From Escherichia coli (GTDB taxonomy: Bacteria; Pseudomonadota; Gammaproteobacteria; Enterobacterales; Enterobacteriaceae): a DNA stretch of 64,000 nt. The stretch lies in NCBI RefSeq assembly GCF_001677475.2, contig NZ_CP015229.1, one strand, 5' to 3'. Made by a program: the position numbers and the translations under genes. This document shows, piece after piece, positions 55,199 through 64,000 of this stretch; the stretch's first letter is position 1; every line of letters begins with the position of its first letter. The notes under the pieces were generated by a model, which did no database searches, was not told where the DNA came from, and saw only the letters and a program-made list of their open reading frames with translations.

Positions 55199-55828
55199 TT
55201 ATGCCCACTCATTTTTTAACGCTTGATGATGCAGCTGCAGCCATTGCAAAGCGATGACCGACGCTGCGTTGTCGATTTTCCCCTCTTCTACCCACTGGTA
55301 TGCCTGTTCCCGGCTTACCACATGAACGCGAATATCTTCGTTTTCATCAGCCAGACCGTGAATACCGCTTGCGGTCGTGGCGTCCACTTCGCCCACCATA
55401 ATTGACGAACGCTCACTGGTGCCCCCCGGGCTTGCCAGGAAACTTAACACCGGTTTGGTCCGTTTGACTATCAGTCCCGCCTCTTCAATCGCTTCGCGAC
55501 GGGCAACATCTTCCACACTTTCACCCTCTTCAATCATCCCGGCAACCATCTCCAGTAGCCAGGGGGTTTCGCTGGTGTCGTACGCGGCAATCCGAATCTG
55601 CTCAATCAGCACAACTTCATCACGCACTGGGTCAAAGGGTAGCAAGACTGCGGCGTGACCGCGCTCAAAAATTTCCCGCCGTACCTCATGACTCATTTGC
55701 CCGTTGAATAGACGATGACGAAATCTATAAAGATCTAATGAAAAAAAGCCGCGATAAAGTGTTTCTCGTGCAATAATTTCTACATCGTTTTTGCCAAATG
55801 TAACGGGCAGGTTGTCTGGCTTAAGCAT
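55199..55828 (-). CDS. nudF: ADP-ribose pyrophosphatase, Nudix hydrolase (209 aa)
   Basis: Nudix box ...REAIEEAGL.... Confidence 0.95.
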
Positions 55829-56032
55829 TGTTAATGTCCTGGCACTAATAGTGAATTAAATGTGAATTTCAGCAACGTTTGACTGCCGTTTGAGCAGTCA
55901 TGTGTTAAATTGAGGCACATTAACGCCCTATGGCACGTAACGCCAACCTTTTGCGGTAGCGGCTTCTGCTAGAATCCGCAATAATTTTACAGTTTGATCG
56001 CGCTAAATACTGCTTCACCACAAGGAATGCAA
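55829..56032. promoter_or_regulatory. Divergent nudF / tolC promoter region
   Basis: Intergenic region upstream of tolC; regulated by MarA/SoxS/Rob and EvgA/PhoP in E. coli (established knowledge, sites not mapped here). Confidence 0.4.
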
Positions 56033-57514
56033 ATGAAGAAATTGCTCCCCATTCTTATCGGCCTGAGCCTTTCTGGGTTCAGTTCGTTGAGCCAGGCCGA
56101 GAACCTGATGCAAGTTTATCAGCAAGCACGCCTTAGTAACCCGGAATTGCGTAAGTCTGCCGCCGATCGTGATGCTGCCTTTGAAAAAATTAATGAAGCG
56201 CGCAGTCCATTACTGCCACAGCTAGGTTTAGGTGCAGATTACACCTATAGCAACGGCTACCGCGACGCGAACGGCATCAACTCTAACGCGACCAGTGCGT
56301 CCCTGCAGTTAACTCAATCCATTTTTGATATGTCGAAATGGCGTGCGTTAACGCTGCAGGAAAAAGCAGCAGGGATTCAGGACGTCACGTATCAGACCGA
56401 TCAGCAAACCTTGATCCTCAACACCGCGACCGCTTATTTCAACGTGTTGAATGCTATTGACGTTCTTTCCTATACACAGGCGCAAAAAGAAGCGATCTAC
56501 CGTCAATTAGATCAAACCACCCAACGTTTTAACGTGGGCCTGGTAGCGATCACCGACGTGCAGAATGCCCGCGCACAGTACGATACCGTGCTGGCGAACG
56601 AAGTGACCGCACGTAATAACCTTGATAACGCGGTAGAGCAGCTGCGCCAGATCACCGGTAACTACTATCCGGAACTGGCGGCGCTGAATGTCGAAAACTT
56701 TAAAACCGACAAACCGCAGCCGGTTAACGCGCTGCTGAAAGAAGCCGAAAAACGCAACCTGTCGCTGTTACAGGCACGCTTGAGCCAGGACCTGGCGCGC
56801 GAGCAAATTCGCCAGGCGCAGGATGGTCACTTACCGACTCTGGATTTAACGGCTTCTACCGGGATTTCTGACACCTCTTATAGCGGTTCGAAAACCCGTG
56901 GTGCCGCTGGTACCCAGTATGACGATAGCAATATGGGCCAGAACAAAGTTGGCCTGAGCTTCTCGCTGCCGATTTATCAGGGCGGAATGGTTAACTCGCA
57001 GGTGAAACAGGCACAGTACAACTTTGTTGGTGCCAGCGAGCAACTGGAAAGCGCGCATCGTAGCGTCGTGCAAACCGTACGTTCCTCCTTCAACAACATT
57101 AATGCTTCTATCAGTAGTATTAACGCCTACAAACAAGCCGTAGTTTCCGCTCAAAGCTCATTAGACGCGATGGAAGCGGGCTACTCGGTCGGTACGCGTA
57201 CCATTGTTGATGTGTTGGATGCGACCACCACGCTGTACAACGCCAAGCAAGAGCTGGCGAATGCGCGTTATAACTACCTGATTAATCAGCTGAATATTAA
57301 GTCAGCCCTGGGTACGTTGAACGAGCAGGATCTGCTGGCACTGAACAATGCGCTGAGCAAACCGGTTTCCACTAACCCGGAAAACGTTGCCCCGCAAACG
57401 CCGGAACAGAATGCTATTGCTGATGGTTATGCACCTGATAGCCCGGCACCCGTCGTTCAGCAAACATCCGCACGCACTACCACCAGTAACGGTCATAACC
57501 CTTTCCGTAACTGA
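56033..57514 (+). CDS. tolC: Outer membrane efflux channel TolC (493 aa)
   Basis: MKKLLPILIGLSLSGFSSLSQAENLMQVYQQARLSNPELRKS. Confidence 0.97.
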   Translation: MKKLLPILIGLSLSGFSSLSQAENLMQVYQQARLSNPELRKSAADRDAAFEKINEARSPLLPQLGLGADYTYSNGYRDANGINSNATSASLQLTQSIFDMSKWRALTLQEKAAGIQDVTYQTDQQTLILNTATAYFNVLNAIDVLSYTQAQKEAIYRQLDQTTQRFNVGLVAITDVQNARAQYDTVLANEVTARNNLDNAVEQLRQITGNYYPELAALNVENFKTDKPQPVNALLKEAEKRNLSLLQARLSQDLAREQIRQAQDGHLPTLDLTASTGISDTSYSGSKTRGAAGTQYDDSNMGQNKVGLSFSLPIYQGGMVNSQVKQAQYNFVGASEQLESAHRSVVQTVRSSFNNINASISSINAYKQAVVSAQSSLDAMEAGYSVGTRTIVDVLDATTTLYNAKQELANARYNYLINQLNIKSALGTLNEQDLLALNNALSKPVSTNPENVAPQTPEQNAIADGYAPDSPAPVVQQTSARTTTSNGHNPFRN

Positions 57515-57661
57515 TGACGATGACGGGGCTTCGGCCCCGTCTGAACGTAAGGCAACGTAAAGATACGGGTTATCTGCCGCATTCTTCCCCCTTCTCGCTT
57601 CAATTTCGACCAGCCATCCTCTATTCTGATGGGTATTTACCACTGGTCCCGGAAGACAAAA

Positions 57662-58333
57662 ATGAAACGGACAAAATCCATACGCCACGCATCGTTCCGC
57701 AAAAACTGGAGCGCACGCCATCTGACACCAGTCGCTCTCGCGGTTGCCACTGTTTTTATGCTGGCTGGCTGTGAAAAGAGTGATGAAACAGTGTCTCTCT
57801 ATCAAAATGCTGACGACTGTTCAGCTGCAAACCCAGGCAAAAGCGCCGAATGTACCACTGCGTACAACAATGCGCTGAAAGAAGCCGAACGTACTGCGCC
57901 GAAATACGCCACCCGTGAAGACTGTGTTGCTGAATTTGGTGAAGGTCAGTGCCAGCAGGCACCAGCCCAGGCTGGTATGGCACCAGAAAACCAGGCGCAG
58001 GCCCAGCAATCCAGCGGAAGTTTCTGGATGCCGCTGATGGCCGGTTACATGATGGGGCGTCTGATGGGCGGCGGCGCGGGATTTGCACAGCAGCCGCTGT
58101 TCTCCTCGAAAAACCCAGCCAGCCCGGCTTACGGTAAATATACCGACGCGACGGGTAAAAACTATGGCGCAGCGCAGCCAGGCCGCACCATGACCGTACC
58201 GAAGACGGCAATGGCACCAAAACCGGCGACCACCACCACCGTTACTCGTGGCGGTTTTGGTGAATCTGTTGCCAAACAAAGCACTATGCAGCGTAGCGCA
58301 ACCGGCACCTCTTCTCGTTCAATGGGTGGCTGA
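57662..58333 (+). CDS. ygiB: DUF1190 lipoprotein-like protein (223 aa)
   Basis: Lipobox LAGC; start at internal Met ([12 protein letters not shown]). Confidence 0.88.
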
Positions 58334-58338
58334 TACCG

Positions 58339-59499
58339 ATGGAAAGAGTCAGTATTACCGAGCGCCCGGACTGGCGCGAAAAAGCCCACGAATACGGTTT
58401 CAATTTTCACACCATGTACGGCGAGCCGTACTGGTGTGAAGATGCTTACTACAAGTTGACCCTCGCCCAGGTTGAAAAGCTGGAAGAAGTCACCGCCGAA
58501 CTGCACCAGATGTGCCTGAAAGTGGTGGAAAAAGTGATCGCCAGCGATGAGCTGATGACCAAATTCCGCATTCCAAAACACACCTGGAGTTTTGTGCGCC
58601 AGTCATGGCTGACTCACCAGCCATCGCTTTATTCGCGTCTTGATCTGGCGTGGGATGGCACTGGCGAACCTAAACTTCTGGAAAATAACGCCGATACGCC
58701 AACGTCACTATACGAGGCGGCGTTCTTTCAGTGGATCTGGCTGGAAGATCAGCTTAACGCCGGTAACTTGCCGGAGGGCAGCGACCAGTTTAACAGTCTG
58801 CAAGAAAAACTGATCGATCGCTTCGTTGAGCTGCGTGAACAGTATGGCTTCCAGTTGCTGCATCTCACCTGCTGTCGCGACACGGTGGAAGATCGCGGAA
58901 CCATTCAGTATTTGCAGGACTGCGCGACAGAAGCTGAAATCGCTACTGAATTCCTCTACATCGACGATATCGGTTTAGGCGAAAAAGGTCAGTTCACGGA
59001 TTTACAGGACCAGGTGATTTCTAACCTGTTCAAGCTGTATCCGTGGGAATTTATGCTGCGTGAGATGTTCTCCACCAAGCTGGAGGATGCAGGCGTACGC
59101 TGGCTGGAACCGGCGTGGAAGAGCATTATCTCCAACAAAGCGCTTCTGCCGCTACTGTGGGAGATGTTCCCGAATCACCCGAATCTGCTGCCTGCTTATT
59201 TTGCGGAAGATGATCATCCGCAAATGGAAAAATATGTGGTTAAACCGATCTTCTCCCGTGAAGGCGCAAACGTGTCGATCATTGAGAACGGCAAAACCAT
59301 TGAAGCAGCGGAAGGTCCGTATGGCGAAGAAGGGATGATTGTTCAGCAATTCCACCCGTTACCGAAATTTGGCGACAGCTATATGCTGATTGGTAGCTGG
59401 CTGGTGAACGATCAACCTGCCGGAATTGGCATTCGTGAAGACCGTGCATTGATCACCCAGGATATGTCTCGGTTTTATCCACATATTTTTGTTGAATAA
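58339..59499 (+). CDS. ygiC: Glutathionylspermidine-synthetase-like ATP-grasp protein (386 aa)
   Basis: Paralogous to the Gss synthetase domain ([10 protein letters not shown] vs YEYNADSASC; [17 protein letters not shown] vs AILPILWSLFPHHRYLL). Confidence 0.93.
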
Positions 59500-59504
59500 G
59501 CCAT

Positions 59505-59533
59505 GATACCGGATGGCACTCGCCATCCGGTAA
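59505..59533. terminator. Bidirectional terminator hairpin between convergent ygiC and ygiD
   Basis: accggatggc-actc-gccatccggt perfect 10-bp stem. Confidence 0.6.
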
Positions 59534-59536
59534 TTA

Positions 59537-60325
59537 TTAGCCTATCAGCACCGACAACATACTTAAACTGCCCATTTCTATACCATCGACCGGAATGGTA
59601 ATTGGCTCCTGCCCATCCCACGCACCTAAGACATACAACAACGGCAGATAGTGCTCTGGCGTTGGGTTCGATAACGCGCCACCTTCATGGTCGAGATAAT
59701 TCACCAGAGGATGCTGCTCTACCGGCCCTTGCCACGTCAGATTCGCTTTCACATACTCATTAAACGACGTCGCCCACGGATACGGTGAACTATCACCGTG
59801 CCACTTCACTGTGCGCAGGTTATGCACCACGTTACCGCTGGCGACCAACATTATTCCTTCATCCCGCAGCGCTGCCAGTTTGCGCCCCATTTCGAAATGC
59901 CAGGCAGCAGGTTTGCTACTGTCGATACTCAACTGCACCATCGGGATATCGGCGTCAGGATACATCTTAATCAGCACGCCCCACGAGCCGTGGTCAAAGC
60001 CCCAGGCTTCTTTATCCAGCGTCACCGGGACCGGCGCTAACAGCTCAACCAGATGCTGTGCCAGCGCAGGCGAACCCGGAGCAGGATAATGCGTGTCGTA
60101 CAGCGCCTGCGGGAAGCCACCAAAGTCATGAATCGTGGGCGGCGTCTCCATCGCGGTCACTCCTGTTCCACGGGTAAACCAGTGAGCCGAAACCACCACA
60201 ATCGCTTGCGGGCGTGGCAATGTCATCCCCAACTTCTGCCAGCTGCGGGTATACAAATTATCTTCCAGCACGTTCATCGGACTACCGTGACCTAAAAACA
60301 ATGCTGGCATACGTGTTGAAGACAT
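59537..60325 (-). CDS. ygiD: Extradiol ring-cleavage dioxygenase family protein (262 aa)
   Basis: MSSTRMPALFLGHGSPMN; start at internal Met of track ORF. Confidence 0.9.
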   Translation of the reverse strand: MSSTRMPALFLGHGSPMNVLEDNLYTRSWQKLGMTLPRPQAIVVVSAHWFTRGTGVTAMETPPTIHDFGGFPQALYDTHYPAPGSPALAQHLVELLAPVPVTLDKEAWGFDHGSWGVLIKMYPDADIPMVQLSIDSSKPAAWHFEMGRKLAALRDEGIMLVASGNVVHNLRTVKWHGDSSPYPWATSFNEYVKANLTWQGPVEQHPLVNYLDHEGGALSNPTPEHYLPLLYVLGAWDGQEPITIPVDGIEMGSLSMLSVLIG

Positions 60326-60467
60326 GATGATATCCTTAACTAAAGGTGTCATTTTGATATCCTCACAATACGCTTGTTTGGCGGAGTAAGAACCCGGATA
60401 ACAATGATGATGATCATCAGTTATTTTGACGATCTGCCTGAAGGTGAAGATTTATAAGGAGTTGTCG

Positions 60468-61241
60468 ATGTCAGTACCTCTCATTCTGACCATACTGGCG
60501 GGGGCAGCCACGTTTATTGGCGCGTTTCTCGGCGTTCTCGGGCAAAAACCCTCGAACCGCTTACTGGCGTTTTCGCTAGGATTTGCGGCGGGGATCATGT
60601 TGCTCATCTCATTAATGGAAATGCTTCCTGCCGCACTAGCAGCTGAAGGAATGTCGCCTGTGTTGGGTTATGGAATGTTTATCTTCGGTCTGCTTGGCTA
60701 TTTTGGCCTGGACCGCATGTTGCCACATGCGCATCCGCAGGATTTAATGCAAAAATCGGTGCAGCCGTTGCCAAAATCGATCAAGCGCACAGCCATTCTG
60801 CTCACTCTCGGCATCAGTCTGCATAACTTCCCGGAAGGGATTGCCACCTTTGTCACGGCGAGCAGCAACCTGGAGCTGGGCTTTGGCATCGCACTGGCCG
60901 TTGCGTTACACAATATTCCTGAAGGTCTGGCGGTTGCAGGCCCGGTTTACGCGGCAACGGGGTCTAAACGCACCGCGATTCTTTGGGCGGGGATTTCTGG
61001 ACTGGCAGAAATTCTTGGTGGTGTGCTGGCGTGGTTAATCCTCGGTAGCATGATTTCCCCGGTGGTCATGGCGGCAATCATGGCGGCGGTTGCAGGAATT
61101 ATGGTGGCGCTCTCGGTTGATGAATTAATGCCGCTCGCCAAAGAGATTGACCCTAATAATAACCCCAGCTATGGCGTACTATGTGGAATGTCAGTGATGG
61201 GATTCAGTTTAGTGCTGCTACAAACGGCGGGAATTGGTTAA
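60468..61241 (+). CDS. zupT: ZIP-family zinc/divalent-metal transporter (257 aa)
   Basis: [25 protein letters not shown]; start at internal Met of track ORF. Confidence 0.93.
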
Positions 61242-61298
61242 AAGCAACATCAGAAGTTGTCCAGCGCATGGACAACTTCTGCCAGCTTCACTAAAGCC

Positions 61299-61493
61299 TT
61301 ATTCTACCTTTTCGGCTGTCTCTTCTCTCGTACTGTTTAAGTATTTGTTCCGCGCTTCAAGCAGTGCGTCTCTGTCCTGGCGAAACGCCCGACAATAACG
61401 TTTCAAATGCAGGAAATAACCCACAACAACAAGAGCAATCAATACAATCCAGTACCAGGCGATAAACATCCTTTTACCCTTAATATTTAACAA
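61299..61493 (-). CDS. Candidate small single-TM membrane protein (56-64 aa)
   Basis: ORF with one hydrophobic helix (FIAWYWIVLIALVVVGYFL); own AT-rich upstream region; flanked by hairpins. Confidence 0.35.
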   Translation of the reverse strand: MLNIKGKRMFIAWYWIVLIALVVVGYFLHLKRYCRAFRQDRDALLEARNKYLNSTREETAEKVE

Positions 61494-61661
61494 TACTAAA
61501 CATTTAGCGCATAAATTTCACATATCCTTTTTCGGATATATTCATATGGTCGCATAATAACGGAACAATTATATGATTTTGATCATAATGAAAAAGAATG
61601 CCTGATATTAATGAAATTTTCTCATAGAAAGAGAAGCGGAATTAACATCTTGCATAGCAGG

Positions 61662-61700
61662 GAAAAATAAAAACCGAAGCCTGCTACAACTTCGGTTTCT
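61662..61700 (-). terminator. Rho-independent terminator of ribB
   Basis: aaaccgaag...cttcggttt stem followed by T-run on the minus strand. Confidence 0.65.
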
Positions 61701-61730
61701 TGATTAAGGCAGTAAATTAAGCAGCGGTTT

Positions 61731-62384
61731 TCAGCTGGCTTTACGCTCATGTGCCTGACGATATGCCACCAGGTCTTCAATAGTCACGAGCGCCATATTG
61801 TGTTTATTGGCAAACTCAATGCACTCTGGTGCACGCGCCATCGTGCCATCGTCATTAGTCAGCTCACACAGCACACCAGCCGGTTTAAAGCCTGCCAGCG
61901 TCATTAGATCAATAGTTGCCTCAGTATGACCGCCACGCGTCAGTACACCACCAGCCTGAGCGCGGAGTGGGAAAACGTGGCCCGGGCGATTCAGATCAGA
62001 AGGTTTTGCGCCATCGGCAATCGCTGCGCGAACGGTCGTAATACGGTCAGCGGCAGAAACACCGGTAGTCACACCTTCAGCCGCTTCAATGGTCACGGTA
62101 AAACCGGTGCCATAGGCGCTGGTGTTATTTTCTACCATCATTGGCAGATCGAGTTGTTTACGGCGATCTTCAGTAATGCACAGGCAAACAATACCGCTAC
62201 CGTGGCGAATGGTCAGCGCCATCTGCTCAACGGTCATGGTTTCTGCCGGGAAGATCATATCACCTTCGTTTTCACGGTCTTCATCATCAAGCACCATCAC
62301 ACCGCGTCCTTCACGCAGTGCAGCCAGTGCATTTTCAACACGTTCGAAAGGCGTACCAAAAGAGGAAAGTAGCGTCTGATTCAT
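61731..62384 (-). CDS. ribB: 3,4-dihydroxy-2-butanone-4-phosphate synthase (217 aa)
   Basis: [42 protein letters not shown]. Confidence 0.97.
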   Translation of the reverse strand: MNQTLLSSFGTPFERVENALAALREGRGVMVLDDEDRENEGDMIFPAETMTVEQMALTIRHGSGIVCLCITEDRRKQLDLPMMVENNTSAYGTGFTVTIEAAEGVTTGVSAADRITTVRAAIADGAKPSDLNRPGHVFPLRAQAGGVLTRGGHTEATIDLMTLAGFKPAGVLCELTNDDGTMARAPECIEFANKHNMALVTIEDLVAYRQAHERKAS

Positions 62385-62439
62385 GGTAAAAAAACCTCAC
62401 TAAAATTATGGTTACCAGAATCAGGGCAGTCTTAGGAGT

Positions 62440-62660
62440 GGCGGCATATAGCCAAAATAACGTGAGCGGGTCCATGCCCGACAGAATCGTTACTCTCTCC
62501 CATCCGGACTCTAACCGTCGGCCCCGGAATTACACCGGATCTGCTGTCCTTTGAGTTCGCACCCAAAGCGCTCGCGGGCTTTCAACTGAGTTGATTTACC
62601 GCCGGTGGGGAATTTCGCCCCGCCCTGAGAATAAGCGGATTCACTATAACGCTAATGATT
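62440..62660 (-). ncRNA. FMN riboswitch (RFN element) in the ribB 5' leader
   Basis: Minus-strand sequence contains the conserved RFN core (...ggcgaaattccccaccggcggtaaatcaactcagttgaaagcccgcgagcgctttgggtgcgaactcaaaggacagcagatccggtgtaattccggggccgacggttagagtccggatgggagagagtaacga). Confidence 0.85.
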
Positions 62661-62757
62661 AGCGGCAGCAACGCATAGCTTCACATAATTCTGGTTTATG
62701 ACTTACCCTTATCGCACTACAATGGCACTCAACACCTATCAGTACAGGGAAACTACA

Positions 62758-63057
62758 ATGATTGACCCGAAAAAAATTGAGCAAATCGCTCGCCAGGTTC
62801 ACGAATCAATGCCTAAAGGAATCAGGGAGTTCGGGGAAGATGTGGAGAAAAAAATCCGCCAAACCCTACAAGCACAGCTGACGCGTCTCGATCTGGTGAG
62901 CCGCGAAGAATTCGACGTACAGACGCAAGTCCTGTTACGGACTCGTGAAAAACTAGCTTTACTGGAGCAGCGCATCAGTGAACTGGAAGCGCGCAATAAT
63001 TCGGTAGCAGATCTTCAATCTCCTCCGGCTATCCCGCCTATTGATAAAGCAGAATAA
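62758..63057 (+). CDS. ubiK: Ubiquinone biosynthesis accessory factor UbiK (YqiC), BMFP family (~99 aa)
   Basis: [25 protein letters not shown]; coiled-coil C-terminus. Confidence 0.9.
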   Translation: MIDPKKIEQIARQVHESMPKGIREFGEDVEKKIRQTLQAQLTRLDLVSREEFDVQTQVLLRTREKLALLEQRISELEARNNSVADLQSPPAIPPIDKAE

Positions 63058-63069
63058 AGCAACACAAAA

Positions 63070-63087
63070 ACGGGCCAGACGGCCCGT
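63070..63087. terminator. Terminator hairpin between convergent ubiK and glgS
   Basis: acgggcc-agac-ggcccgt. Confidence 0.5.
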
Positions 63088-63091
63088 AATA

Positions 63092-63292
63092 TCAGTGTTC
63101 TAATTCAAGTTCTCTGGTTTGCATCATCTGTTGACAATACCAGGCATAACGTGCGCAAAACCAGGTTCTATGTTCTTCATCCATGTTACCAGTAACGGCC
63201 AAAATATCGACCGGGCGACCTTCTGCGTGCATTCTGGCAAAACTACGCGCGAGAAAATCGAAATTATTTAAAGAATTAAGACTATGATCCAT
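63092..63292 (-). CDS. glgS: Surface composition regulator GlgS (66 aa)
   Basis: [30 protein letters not shown]. Confidence 0.95.
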
Positions 63293-63560
63293 AAGCACAT
63301 CCTCCGGTTATTGCATACCTTTTAAGGCCATATGCTTTTTCTGATTTCAGTATTCCCCAATCAGTGTAGTGCCTTTAAACATAACGTGCGTAAATATATT
63401 GTCCCCGATCACACTTTTTAGTGAAAAATAAAAAACCATATTAAAAGACTTTCTCTTCCAGAACTTCTCTAACATGTGTTATTATTAACAAAGATAAATG
63501 TAAGCAAGGAAACTATCCCAAAGTAAATATTGCGTCACTAAATGGACATTGGAGTGACAT

Positions 63561-64000
63561 ATGATTTTATTCGCCGACTATAATACCCCTTATCTTTTCG
63601 CTATTTCCTTTGTACTGTTGATCGGCCTTTTAGAAATTTTAGCGCTTATCTGCGGTCACATGCTCTCCGGTGCTCTTGATGCACATCTTGACCATTATGA
63701 TTCCATAACCACAGGTCATATTAGCCAGGCACTTCATTATCTCAATATCGGAAGATTGCCAGCTCTCGTCGTTCTATGCTTGCTGGCTGGTTTTTTTGGT
63801 CTTATTGGCATCCTGTTGCAGCATGCCTGCATCATGTTCTGGCAATCACCACTGTCGAACCTGTTCGTGGTTCCTGTCAGTTTTCTGTTTACGATTATTG
63901 CGGTGCATTATACCGGTAAAATAGTTGCGCCCTGGATTCCACGCGACCATAGTTCAGCTATTACAGAAGAAGAATATATTGGTAGCATGGCGTTAATTAC
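63561..64000 (+). CDS. yqiJ: Inner membrane protein YqiJ, partial (C-terminus beyond window end)
   Basis: Hand translation from ATG 63561: [37 protein letters not shown]..., open to the window end; follows glgS as in K-12. Confidence 0.8.
   Translation, partial: MILFADYNTPYLFAISFVLLIGLLEILALICGHMLSGALDAHLDHYDSITTGHISQALHYLNIGRLPALVVLCLLAGFFGLIGILLQHACIMFWQSPLSNLFVVPVSFLFTIIAVHYTGKIVAPWIPRDHSSAITEEEYIGSMALI

Noticed and set aside
57756-58279. Minus-strand ORFs of ~150 aa opposite ygiB
   Set aside because: Antisense to the conserved ygiB gene; proline/arginine-rich shadow translations.

Overview
This 64 kb window reads as Escherichia coli chromosome, collinear with the K-12 yghQ-pitB-gss-hyb-exbBD-metC-yqhCD-dkgA-ygiQ-ftsP-plsC-parC-ygiS-qseBC-mdaB-ygiN-parE-tolC-ygiBC-zupT-ribB-glgS region, but from a non-K-12 lineage. 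All gene identities come from reading the translated ORFs against remembered protein families; no database search was run. Two accessory segments stand out. (1) At the left edge, yghS-yghR-yghQ continues into a tightly coupled operon encoding a 274-aa unknown protein, a YtfJ-like periplasmic protein and a tandem LptF/LptG-like permease pair; as far as I recall, K-12 carries an IS5 here with a truncated yghQ. This is my best candidate for an uncharacterised envelope-export system. (2) A ~7.2 kb island sits exactly between ygiN and parE, encoding a TonB-dependent receptor divergent from an ABC importer operon that ends in an RpiR/SIS-family regulator; it resembles the published E. coli Fit iron-uptake locus, so it is probably not new. 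Other departures from my recollection of K-12: mqsRA is absent between ygiS and ygiV, ygiZ is absent between qseC and mdaB, yghX is intact, and a 133-bp structured spacer lies between hybF and hybG. No rRNA, tRNA, CRISPR array, transposase or integrase gene was found.
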